Origin: a virus
IMG/VR virus record: IMGVR_UViG_3300017971_000261
Span: 16,268 to 80,267 of that record
DNA: 64,000 nucleotides
Direction: 5' to 3' (one strand)
Every line of letters begins with the position of its first letter. Within the stretch, counting starts at the first letter, position 1. The position numbers and the translations under genes are program-made. Shown piece by piece: positions 44,795 to 53,623 of this stretch. The notes under the pieces are model-generated. The model saw nothing but the letters and a program-made list of their open reading frames with translations. It was not told where the DNA came from and did not search any database.

Positions 44795-45123
44795 CTAGTA
44801 CCCTCCAGAAGCACGGCCCGACGGAGGCGATTTCGCCGTCGGGCTCTTCTTGTTTCAACCTGAGCAAACAACCACAGGTAGCAGACCCGATTCTAGAGGT
44901 TGACGCCAAAGTTTGTGTCACTCCAGAATTCCTTCAGCAATTCATAGATGAAGATGGCGATTTTGATGAAGAGCAGTTTGATCTCTTTATTGATTCCCTA
45001 AGCGACTCTGAGAAGTCTATAATGGAACAAAACCTGAACAATATCGGTGAACTGCTTCGACTTAAGGCTTTGGTTGATTCAGATCATGAAGAGTCCGCCA
45101 AAGACCTTGAGATGGATGGGTAG
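44788..45123 (+). other. Start-less -1 frame extension (111 codons) of the 43289 gene, candidate programmed frameshift/slippage
   Basis: Frame open from the A10 run to TAG 45121-45123; encodes HGPTE and FNLSKQPQ, echoing motifs in the zero frame. Confidence 0.7.
44807..44850 (+). terminator. GC-rich hairpin (possible terminator/attenuator or slippage-associated pause)
   Basis: GCCCGACGG/CCGTCGGGC 9-bp stem plus AGAAG/CTTCT, followed by TGTTTC. Confidence 0.45.
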
Positions 45124-45143
45124 TCCGCCGGTGAGGTGACCTT

Positions 45144-48100
45144 ATGTCAAAACTAATACTGCCTGATGATCCTGAGTTCCACCAGCCCACAGTGTGGGGT
45201 GATGCAATCGCCAAGGGGCTTACGCCAAAGTCGGCATCCGATAAAATCGTCAAGCAAGCTTCACAAGAAGCAGCCAACCAAGTTCGTTATGCCCAGACCA
45301 TGCTTACGCCAACCCAAGAATGGTGGTACAAGCAAGCCCAAATGGCTAGTCCCGGCATCAACAACATGGTGACGAGCCCCATGTGGTTCTCTCCGATACA
45401 TACACCAATGAATTGGCAAATTGCCTCAAAACGGAGAGAGATATATAATTGGTGCAGGTTCTTTTATACCAATGAAGCTAAAGTTGCTGCTGCTATAGAT
45501 TTCTATTGTTTCGATCCCACCATGCAAGTGCTGCTCGCAGATGGTAGACAAAAAGCTATCTCATCTGTTCAGCCTGGCGATCTCGTACGTTCACATGATG
45601 GCTCGTCTAATGTTGTCAAAAACAAGTTCGTGCGCCGCACCAGAGAAACAATGTTGAGCGTCGCTGTTTCTGGAATATGCGGTGGAAAAACAATGAGGGT
45701 AACAACTGGCCACGAAATACTTACCGAACGTGACGGAGAGATCACGTTCGTTAAAGCTGGCGAACTTCGAAAAGGTGATTATCTTCTTACCCCTATTCTT
45801 TACGATAGTATACCGGACTGCGAGACAATAAATAAAGATCTAGCATGGCTGCTCGGCGTTTACGCTGCCGAAGGTTGTGGAATACCCTATGAAAAAGAAC
45901 TTTCAGATGGCTCGGTCCACAAGAGATTCAAGGGTGTCTATTTTACTATTAGCATTGATGAAAGAGATTTCGCTGATCGTATACGTTCTGCGGTACACCG
46001 AGTATACGGGGAAAATAAAGTAACTATTACAGAAATACCGGAGAAAGGCAAAATAAGGATATCAGCATATGGTTTGCAGATAGCTGACGACCTGATAGGC
46101 CTTTGTCCTGGTATGAGTAGAACAGGAACGAAACGATTTGCACCGGTCGTCATGGGATTTGGCAAAAAAACTCTACTGTCCATCCTGTGCGGCTTCCTGG
46201 ATGGTGATGGATGTTTCAATGCTGCCAACGGTTTCCAGGGTGTTGGTGTTTCCAAAACTCTGTGCGAGCAGATAGCTAATATTTGTGACATACTAGGACT
46301 TGAGTACAGCTTCACAAGCACGCGGATCTCTAAGGGAAATCGTCAGACGTGTTACAACATAAGAATCTCACGTCGAAGTTGTGACCTGTTGTCTGACGCC
46401 TGTTATAAGATTTACGAACATCAAATAGATGAAAGCAAAATACGCAACACACCTTATTTTGCAAAGGGAAAATACATATACCGTAAGATTAGATTTATCA
46501 AAGAGTACGAATATGAAGGAAATGTTTATGATCTTGAAATAGAAAACTCCCATTCCTATGTTGTAAACAGGGTTGCTGTACACAACAGCGGCTTTCCGCT
46601 TAACGGGTTTGATCTGGCCTGCAAAGACAATAACGTTCTCAAGTTTTTCGAGCATAAGATAGTAAGAAAGCTTGATCTACTCAATATTCTAAGGCAAGTT
46701 GCGTCCGAGTACTATATGCTAGGTGATGTCTTTGTCCACACCGACATCGAATGTCCGCACTGTGGTGGTACGGCCAGAGACCCGAAGACCGGACGCATGT
46801 GCAATCACCCGGACGGGATGATCAGCAAGCTTCGGATACTGAATCCGGACTGGATCGAGGTGCACCAGCCGGTCATATCTGATGAGCCGTACATCGTACT
46901 CATACCGGACGAAGAACTCACTACGATTGTGATGCGACGTCGACCGAGACAGATCTATGATAGCTTGCCGGACTACATCAAACAGTACGTCGCGGCCCAC
47001 CAGCCGATCCCGCTCTCGAACCGCGTAACGTCACACCTTAAGCATATGCCCGTTCCATACGGAACCTACGGAACAAGCCTCATTCGTAGGCTTTTCCAGA
47101 CGTTGGCATACAAGACAAAAATCATGACTGCGAACTGGATTGTCGCAGAGAGACTAATCGTTCCGGTACGTATCGTCAAGATCGGTAGCGACCAGCGTCC
47201 AGCATCGTCTGCCGACATCTCTGATGTCCAAATGCAGTTAGCTGCAACGGCTAATGATCCTAATCTGACCATAGTGACCCACCACAATTTCGAACTCGAA
47301 TGGTATGGTGCCTGTTTTCCGCAAACCAATGATATACAAGTACTTACGCCAGAAGGATGGAAAACATACGAAGAAATCAATGACGATGATCTTGTCGGAA
47401 CATTTAACAAGGAATCTGGTATTCTAGAGTTCCAGCAATTCACACAAAGACATGAATACGAATATGATTCATCACTATACGGGCCGCTTTATTCATTTGG
47501 TGATAAATTGATGGATATACCAGTTACGCCGAACCACCGCATGCTAGTAAGGAAAGGAAGATGGACTGATCGCTATGACACTGTAATGTCTCAGGATGTA
47601 AAAAGACACCATAAAATCCCGTGCCGAGTTGGCTGGAATGGCAAACTTCCCCCATCTTTGCCTTATCGGTCTTGCTCGGCTTTGTCGAATATGTCGCTCC
47701 ATGATTTCTTGCGTTTTGCTGGTTACTATGTCTCTGAGGGGCACGTACAAAAGTGGTTCAAGAGCAGGGTATCGACTGAAAAGGTTCCACAATCTATAGG
47801 AATAAGCCAGAATGTTGACCAGCCAGCCTACGAAAAGATAAAGTCGCTTATGTACGGTATCTCAGATCGTGCGTATATACACAAAGACGAGCGTCGTGAG
47901 GTAGCAACCCATACAGTAAAAATTTCCGATGTTCGTTTGGCTGATTATATGGTACAAGAGTTTGGTGCCGGGTCTTCAGAAAAACTGGTGCCACGTTGGA
48001 TTCTGGATCTGCCTAAAGCTGAACTCCGTATTTTCCTTAATGCAGCTATGGAAGGAGACGGGCAGACAAGAGAAATGAAAACCGGCCGCAGATTTCGATA

Positions 48101-49574
48101 TTCTACAGTCTCTAAGCATCTGGCTGATGACATTTTCGAAATCGTTCTAAAGCTTGGATATACTCCATATGTTACCGTAGAATCTGTGAAATCTTTACAT
48201 AGATCTGATATCTACCGTGTATCATGGAGCAACCTAAATAGAACGAAGGAACGTCAGGTCCAAGATATATCACGCCGTGACTACAAGGGAAAAGTGTGGT
48301 GTTTGACCGTGCCCAACGAATACCTTGTTGTTCGTTTTTCGGGTAGATGTTTTATAGTTGGCAACTCTGGTAAAATCCTCCAAGTCACGTCCGAGATGGA
48401 GTATGTCGGCAAGGAAATTTTAGACGGCTTTATGCTGAATCAAGCACTCCTAAATGGTGAGATGGCGTCCTACAGTTCCGCCCAAGTAGGTGTTGAAACT
48501 CTTATTCGTCGTATTGAATCATTCCGCTACATCTTGGCCGAATGGGTTCAAGAGAACATTTTCCGGCCGGTTGCTGAAATGCAGGGATTTGTTGACGAAG
48601 CCGAGAGCGAGAAGATCGGTGAAAAGGTTTATCTGTATCCAAAGCTCAAGTGGTTTGACCTTAATATTCGTGACAAGACACAGTATCATCAGATTCTTCT
48701 GCAGTTGCATGACAAGCAGATCATCTCGACCCAGACGCTGTGTGAGGAACTGGACATCGACTACGATCAGGAAGTGGCACGTCTGCGTTACGAGCAGATA
48801 CAGGGCGGTGGAGCAGCGATGATGGCTGGTGGAGCACCGGGTGCTGGTGGAATGGGACCCATGCCGGGTGGAGGCGGTCCGGCGGGTGGTCCACTTGGGC
48901 CCGCTGCCGGTCCCGGTGGTGAAATGGCTCCAGGCGGTGACATGGGAGGGGCCGGGGGTATGCCCGGTGGCGATCTTGGAGGCCCAATGGCACCGGCCGC
49001 TGGCGTTCAGAAGGTAACCAAGAAGGGGAAAGGTGGTCAGCAAGAGGATGTTGCACCGGCGACACCACCCACGGTCAGGCTGACGAGCCTTGAACAGAAG
49101 ATGGCTCAGATGCTGTTCCGATCTGTGGATGCTCAGGGTATTCACCGAGATCAAGTCAGGGCCCAGTTCCCAGTTGAGAACCCACATGGCGGCAAGCCAT
49201 ATTCTCTCGATTTCGCCCTGCCAAAGCTTAAATTGGCCATCGAGGTGGATGGCGAGGTGTGGCACAACAGCCCGAAAAAGATCGCATCTGACAAAGAACG
49301 CGATTATTTGTTAGCACAAAGAGGATGGACCGTTCTTCGGTACGATGATAGCACCATCGAGGAAGCTCCTAAGGCAGTTGAGCAGTCCGTCTTTGAGTAC
49401 ATCAAGAACATGGCTGACAAATACCGTTCCGGGTTGAAGACTGCGTCCATCGACGAAGGAGCAGGCATCAATCTTTACCAATTAAAGAAAGGCAAGTTAT
49501 CGAACCTTGATGATGATTGGGGCCGTTACGTGCGTCCTACACACAAAACCAAAATAGGGGATCTCTCGCGGTAA
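45144..49574 (+). CDS. Portal protein precursor with two inteins and a C-terminal DUF559/Vsr-like nuclease domain
   Basis: Position between terminase and protease/MCP; extein motifs RFFY....V.AAIDFY-S.FP, EYY.LGDVF, ILNPD.IEV, YGTS.I, PVRIVKIG; Gly/Pro-rich linker. Confidence 0.85.
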   Translation: MSKLILPDDPEFHQPTVWGDAIAKGLTPKSASDKIVKQASQEAANQVRYAQTMLTPTQEWWYKQAQMASPGINNMVTSPMWFSPIHTPMNWQIASKRREIYNWCRFFYTNEAKVAAAIDFYCFDPTMQVLLADGRQKAISSVQPGDLVRSHDGSSNVVKNKFVRRTRETMLSVAVSGICGGKTMRVTTGHEILTERDGEITFVKAGELRKGDYLLTPILYDSIPDCETINKDLAWLLGVYAAEGCGIPYEKELSDGSVHKRFKGVYFTISIDERDFADRIRSAVHRVYGENKVTITEIPEKGKIRISAYGLQIADDLIGLCPGMSRTGTKRFAPVVMGFGKKTLLSILCGFLDGDGCFNAANGFQGVGVSKTLCEQIANICDILGLEYSFTSTRISKGNRQTCYNIRISRRSCDLLSDACYKIYEHQIDESKIRNTPYFAKGKYIYRKIRFIKEYEYEGNVYDLEIENSHSYVVNRVAVHNSGFPLNGFDLACKDNNVLKFFEHKIVRKLDLLNILRQVASEYYMLGDVFVHTDIECPHCGGTARDPKTGRMCNHPDGMISKLRILNPDWIEVHQPVISDEPYIVLIPDEELTTIVMRRRPRQIYDSLPDYIKQYVAAHQPIPLSNRVTSHLKHMPVPYGTYGTSLIRRLFQTLAYKTKIMTANWIVAERLIVPVRIVKIGSDQRPASSADISDVQMQLAATANDPNLTIVTHHNFELEWYGACFPQTNDIQVLTPEGWKTYEEINDDDLVGTFNKESGILEFQQFTQRHEYEYDSSLYGPLYSFGDKLMDIPVTPNHRMLVRKGRWTDRYDTVMSQDVKRHHKIPCRVGWNGKLPPSLPYRSCSALSNMSLHDFLRFAGYYVSEGHVQKWFKSRVSTEKVPQSIGISQNVDQPAYEKIKSLMYGISDRAYIHKDERREVATHTVKISDVRLADYMVQEFGAGSSEKLVPRWILDLPKAELRIFLNAAMEGDGQTREMKTGRRFRYSTVSKHLADDIFEIVLKLGYTPYVTVESVKSLHRSDIYRVSWSNLNRTKERQVQDISRRDYKGKVWCLTVPNEYLVVRFSGRCFIVGNSGKILQVTSEMEYVGKEILDGFMLNQALLNGEMASYSSAQVGVETLIRRIESFRYILAEWVQENIFRPVAEMQGFVDEAESEKIGEKVYLYPKLKWFDLNIRDKTQYHQILLQLHDKQIISTQTLCEELDIDYDQEVARLRYEQIQGGGAAMMAGGAPGAGGMGPMPGGGGPAGGPLGPAAGPGGEMAPGGDMGGAGGMPGGDLGGPMAPAAGVQKVTKKGKGGQQEDVAPATPPTVRLTSLEQKMAQMLFRSVDAQGIHRDQVRAQFPVENPHGGKPYSLDFALPKLKLAIEVDGEVWHNSPKKIASDKERDYLLAQRGWTVLRYDDSTIEEAPKAVEQSVFEYIKNMADKYRSGLKTASIDEGAGINLYQLKKGKLSNLDDDWGRYVRPTHKTKIGDLSR
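45507..46586 (+). mobile_element. Intein 1 in portal (360 aa, LAGLIDADG)
   Basis: Starts CFDPTMQVLLADG, block B VTTGHEIL, LLGVYAAEG and GFLDGDG, ends VYDLEIE..HSYV....VHN followed by Ser. Confidence 0.93.
47313..48365 (+). mobile_element. Intein 2 in portal (351 aa, LAGLIDADG, GN terminus)
   Basis: Starts CFPQTND..VLTPEGWK, VTPNHRML, FAGYYVSEG and AAMEGDG, ends VWCLTVPN....IVGN followed by Ser. Confidence 0.92.
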
Positions 49575-49594
49575 CGCAGCATCACGAGGAAGCT

Positions 49595-49999
49595 ATGCTC
49601 ATCACGACAGCAGCCAAGAGAATACGGGATAGAGGGATTAGATGGAAGGAAGTTTACCGCGAGAGGTCCCTCGAAGCCAAGAAGAAGTTCGAGAAAATAC
49701 TTCCCGGATCTTACTTCAGGTGGGAGGGAATGGATTACACCAGTGGACGTCCCTACTACGTCGTAATTGCTCCCTCCGTTTCACGCCGGTTTGGCAAAGC
49801 ATTCTTTGCTGGGGTCAAGAAAATGCCACGAGACCCCAAGAAGAAGGCCTATGCACCTACCGGCAAATACTTTGCCACATTAGCTGCTGCATTACGACAC
49901 GCAAAAGAAATGTGGGGAACGCCTTGGCCGGATGATGCGGCCCAGTACAACAAGCAAGACTTGATGGCAGTAGAGATCCCTAGACACATCAAGGTATAG
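49595..49999 (+). CDS. Hypothetical basic protein
   Basis: GAGGA RBS before ATG 49595. Confidence 0.75.
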   Translation: MLITTAAKRIRDRGIRWKEVYRERSLEAKKKFEKILPGSYFRWEGMDYTSGRPYYVVIAPSVSRRFGKAFFAGVKKMPRDPKKKAYAPTGKYFATLAAALRHAKEMWGTPWPDDAAQYNKQDLMAVEIPRHIKV

Positions 50000-50002
50000 A
50001 GA

Positions 50003-53000
50003 ATGGCATTCAACCTGTCAAAGAATAGTTCTGACAAGATACGAATCGAACCGTTAGAGAAACAGTCCGCGCTTTCCAAATCGGCCATGTCTTTCAATAC
50101 CGGGCAGAAGAATCTGCTCAATTCACAAGACAATACGACATGGGCATGGGCTGGAGACTTGAGCCAAAGAATTCAAGCGGTCCAACAGGACATCGAACGA
50201 CGATTCGCGGCCTACTTTCATGTCTATGCACGAAATACTGCCAACAGACGAAAGGCGATGAGCTTTGATCCAGGTGTCTACAAAGAGGTAGCTGCACAAG
50301 AACAGGAAGAAGCGGAGCGCGGGACCGACGTTGAGATCGAAACTAAGGAAGAGACAGAATCCGGCGGTCCCCTTGCTCATATCTGTTTCAGATTGAACTA
50401 CATTAGAGACATCATGCCATCCCAGAATAGCGACAGCTGGGATCGTGCCAATTCTGCAGTTGAGATGCTCAACACATATATGGCCGCACGAGGTGCTCCT
50501 TTTGATGAGTTCATGAATGATGTCATGTCAAACAATGTTCCTCTTGTCTATTACTTTGACAACCTTGAAGCAAGCGGGTCCAGGGGTCAAACCAGCCCAG
50601 AAACAAGAGCAGATTATGTCGCTGCAGAGAGAGAAAGAAGCCAAAGAGGAATGCACCGCATGCCGGGTGGCGAGCCTGTTCTAGGCAGCGAGGATTACTT
50701 CGCTTATCATTCAGAGTTTCTTGATAAGTTTGGAAAGATACCGACGACCTACAATCAAAAAGAGGGCTTGCGAACGAAATACAAGTCCCGCGAAGAGGAA
50801 TGGCAACGCCCAACCTTACACGAGCCACGCAAAGCATATCGAGTTTTCCAACCCGGGTATCTGAATGCTGCAATCGATCATGCTATTTCTCAGGGTTCCA
50901 AACTAGACCAGGAAGCACTTGAAAAAGAGATCAACGGCTTTCTTCAAAGAGACCTGCTGGCCAAAAAGGGATTCGACATCAAAATGTTCCCGGCAGGTGT
51001 TCTCGATATGAAGTCAGTTCCCAAGGAACTTCAAAATCAGGCAGAGGCTCAGATTGTCTTCTATAAGAAGACCGTACAACGTATCATTGAGGACTTCAAC
51101 CGTAGATCCGGGCAAAAGGCAGCTGCCAAATCAGAGGAAAATGGTTTGACAGCCTTTGAGTCCCAGTGTCTTCTCTACAACCTTTCCAGTCCTCGTGGGT
51201 TCTTCATTATTCCTGGTTTCAAACATAGGATCAGGGCCAACGGATTTGATAAGCTTCGTGGCAATTACCGTAAGAAAATGCCGCCCGGTTCCCCTATGCC
51301 AATCATGCCTCTACTTCGCAGTGTCCCTGCCCCTGGCGGTCGCGATATGGCCGTTCCGAACAGAGATGACGGAAATGGCGGAAGAAGGCAGCTTACAAAA
51401 AACTGGATTTCCAAGGATGGTACAGGTTTGGCGTCGCTTATGTCTCGTTACGGATCGACATGTGATGCTTGGTTCAAAATGCTTCTCGACGAGGGATTCC
51501 ATGCAGAGATGAAACGCCAAATTACAGGTCGTGGCAACGATTTTCAACCTGCCCAGATCATTTTGGACACCATCAATTGTGTTTTAAGGAACAGAACTAA
51601 CGCGGATGCTTTGCTTGATGCTCTTCAGGCCTACCCTACGTACGAAGAATTCGAGCAGAAACATCTACGTAAGGGATTCGTTTCGGCAGCACAACTTACC
51701 AATGATCTGCGTCAATCAGGTGGACGTGACAAACTCCCAGTCAGACCGAAAGGCATGGCTCCGGAGGGTGGAGACGCATATGAGGAACTTCGGGCGATAA
51801 CGCCCGACAAGGCCACGCACCAGTTTGACAAGGCTGTGGAACTCGCTAGTACCATCGGTGATGCAATCAGAGATGTGGTCATAACACAACGCGCGAGTGC
51901 TGGTAAGACAAATCAAGAAACAATACAAGCCCTCGAAGCCGAGAAAGAAGAACTCTTATCTGACGTCAATCTGTCGATGCAGTACAAAGCGAATGTCCTT
52001 CGTACGAAAAACGAGAGAATTTATGCACTCCAAATGGCTGATCGTCTTGGAAACGCAGAGGCGATGAATGTGTTTCGTACGAGGCTTTATGATATAGCAA
52101 AGTATCTTTATTCGCTATACGAAAACATCCAATCAGCCGGTTACGACGATGACATCCGAAGATGGAACAAGCTGACTGACGCCCTTCTTTCTCTAAGCCA
52201 CGCTGACCGATCGGCCACTGCGGGTATGACCAAACCTGAAAAGAAGAAAGCCGCATGGACTCCGGTACAGACCACAAGCAAGACCGATGAAGAAACCATG
52301 ATGAGAAAGGACGATTTCGAACTACTTAAGTCATATGGCTATCAGACAGCGAAAATGATGGACTTTCTTTCTGCTCTTATGATCCGTTCCTGCCGCAGCG
52401 GACCGCCCGGTGCCGAACTGCATGGTGGAGATTATTCATCTACGATCGGAAAGAGCGAGAAAGGACAGATATACTTCGGTGTCAAGTATGCCTATAGGTT
52501 GCATGGTTACAAGCCATATGTCCAGGGCGAACTTCAAACCGGGCCATTTGAAGGGCAGGCAGTCCAACAGATGAATCGTGACGTCACTAAATCTATAGGA
52601 AGTAAGGTCATCGAAAATAGACGTCTCAGATCGACGCCTGAGATGGCCCTATTACCTGCAACCCGTCATCTACGTGAAGACCAGGAACAACAAGGCAAGG
52701 GTGATGTGCGTCAGGAGAGACCATTTAGTAGCGGCGATTTGGAGCGGCTCCAAACTGTTACAGGCCAGGATTGGCCACGAGGATGTCAGACTGTCGTTGA
52801 GAACATTACATATATGGTAGGTGGAACAACTTCGCCAAGCCAATTTCTGAACACAAGAATGGAAAGCGCCTCACATCGCGATGTGCTTGACTATTTCTAT
52901 CGCACCTATGGCGACGTCATGAGCGACCTAGGTATGTTTATCGATCCGCTCGCTGCAAACCTTGAGCGTCTAGAAGTTGCGACACGGGCAGCTATTTCGG

Positions 53001-53623
53001 CCGCTTTCGACAAGGCTATGGAAACCCTTAGGGCAGATAGAAACTTCGTTGGTTTCTTGCCGCCGATGGACTGTGTCATAGAAGACGAAACTTTAGGAAG
53101 CCATGAGGTACTTAATAGTGGCGTTCTGAATACGTCGCTTGCAGAGTCGTCATACGAAGCAGATTCACAGCTTTCCAACCTATTGCCGCAGGAGAAGACT
53201 GTTGAGGTCGGAGATGATGACCAGAGCCAGGCACCATTCATAGCAATCCAAGACACCATGGCAGGTGTTGGTCTCGCTGCTATGCCGGAACAAGAAGATC
53301 AACCCGCACAACAACCTCAGCCTGGCAGATTCAATATGGAAGAGTATATGCGTCAGCAAGAACCAACACAGATACCCGGCTATGACCCAGGAACTTGGGG
53401 AACTATACCGGAAGGTGCAGAAGAGACGCAGACAGAAGAAGATATAGATGAGGAAGAAGAAAGAAGACGAAGAGAAAACCAAGCTCCAGGCACTGAGACC
53501 GAATATCTGGCAGAAAAGTCGCTTCAGGAGCTTATACGTCTAGCAGACGCCTATGATAAGAAAAACCTCAAAAGCGTCGCTGACAAGATAGACCGCGTTA
53601 TAATGGGTATCATAAATGCCTGA
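50003..53623 (+). CDS. Large putative internal virion protein (1206 aa)
   Basis: N-terminal MAFNLSK, C-terminal LIRLADAYD..VADKID motif; lies between portal and protease. Confidence 0.65.
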   Translation: MAFNLSKNSSDKIRIEPLEKQSALSKSAMSFNTGQKNLLNSQDNTTWAWAGDLSQRIQAVQQDIERRFAAYFHVYARNTANRRKAMSFDPGVYKEVAAQEQEEAERGTDVEIETKEETESGGPLAHICFRLNYIRDIMPSQNSDSWDRANSAVEMLNTYMAARGAPFDEFMNDVMSNNVPLVYYFDNLEASGSRGQTSPETRADYVAAERERSQRGMHRMPGGEPVLGSEDYFAYHSEFLDKFGKIPTTYNQKEGLRTKYKSREEEWQRPTLHEPRKAYRVFQPGYLNAAIDHAISQGSKLDQEALEKEINGFLQRDLLAKKGFDIKMFPAGVLDMKSVPKELQNQAEAQIVFYKKTVQRIIEDFNRRSGQKAAAKSEENGLTAFESQCLLYNLSSPRGFFIIPGFKHRIRANGFDKLRGNYRKKMPPGSPMPIMPLLRSVPAPGGRDMAVPNRDDGNGGRRQLTKNWISKDGTGLASLMSRYGSTCDAWFKMLLDEGFHAEMKRQITGRGNDFQPAQIILDTINCVLRNRTNADALLDALQAYPTYEEFEQKHLRKGFVSAAQLTNDLRQSGGRDKLPVRPKGMAPEGGDAYEELRAITPDKATHQFDKAVELASTIGDAIRDVVITQRASAGKTNQETIQALEAEKEELLSDVNLSMQYKANVLRTKNERIYALQMADRLGNAEAMNVFRTRLYDIAKYLYSLYENIQSAGYDDDIRRWNKLTDALLSLSHADRSATAGMTKPEKKKAAWTPVQTTSKTDEETMMRKDDFELLKSYGYQTAKMMDFLSALMIRSCRSGPPGAELHGGDYSSTIGKSEKGQIYFGVKYAYRLHGYKPYVQGELQTGPFEGQAVQQMNRDVTKSIGSKVIENRRLRSTPEMALLPATRHLREDQEQQGKGDVRQERPFSSGDLERLQTVTGQDWPRGCQTVVENITYMVGGTTSPSQFLNTRMESASHRDVLDYFYRTYGDVMSDLGMFIDPLAANLERLEVATRAAISAAFDKAMETLRADRNFVGFLPPMDCVIEDETLGSHEVLNSGVLNTSLAESSYEADSQLSNLLPQEKTVEVGDDDQSQAPFIAIQDTMAGVGLAAMPEQEDQPAQQPQPGRFNMEEYMRQQEPTQIPGYDPGTWGTIPEGAEETQTEEDIDEEEERRRRENQAPGTETEYLAEKSLQELIRLADAYDKKNLKSVADKIDRVIMGIINA

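Noticed and set aside
44792-44863. TAG readthrough of ORF 43289
   Set aside because: The zero frame hits TGA about 22 codons later; only the -1 frame fills the gap.
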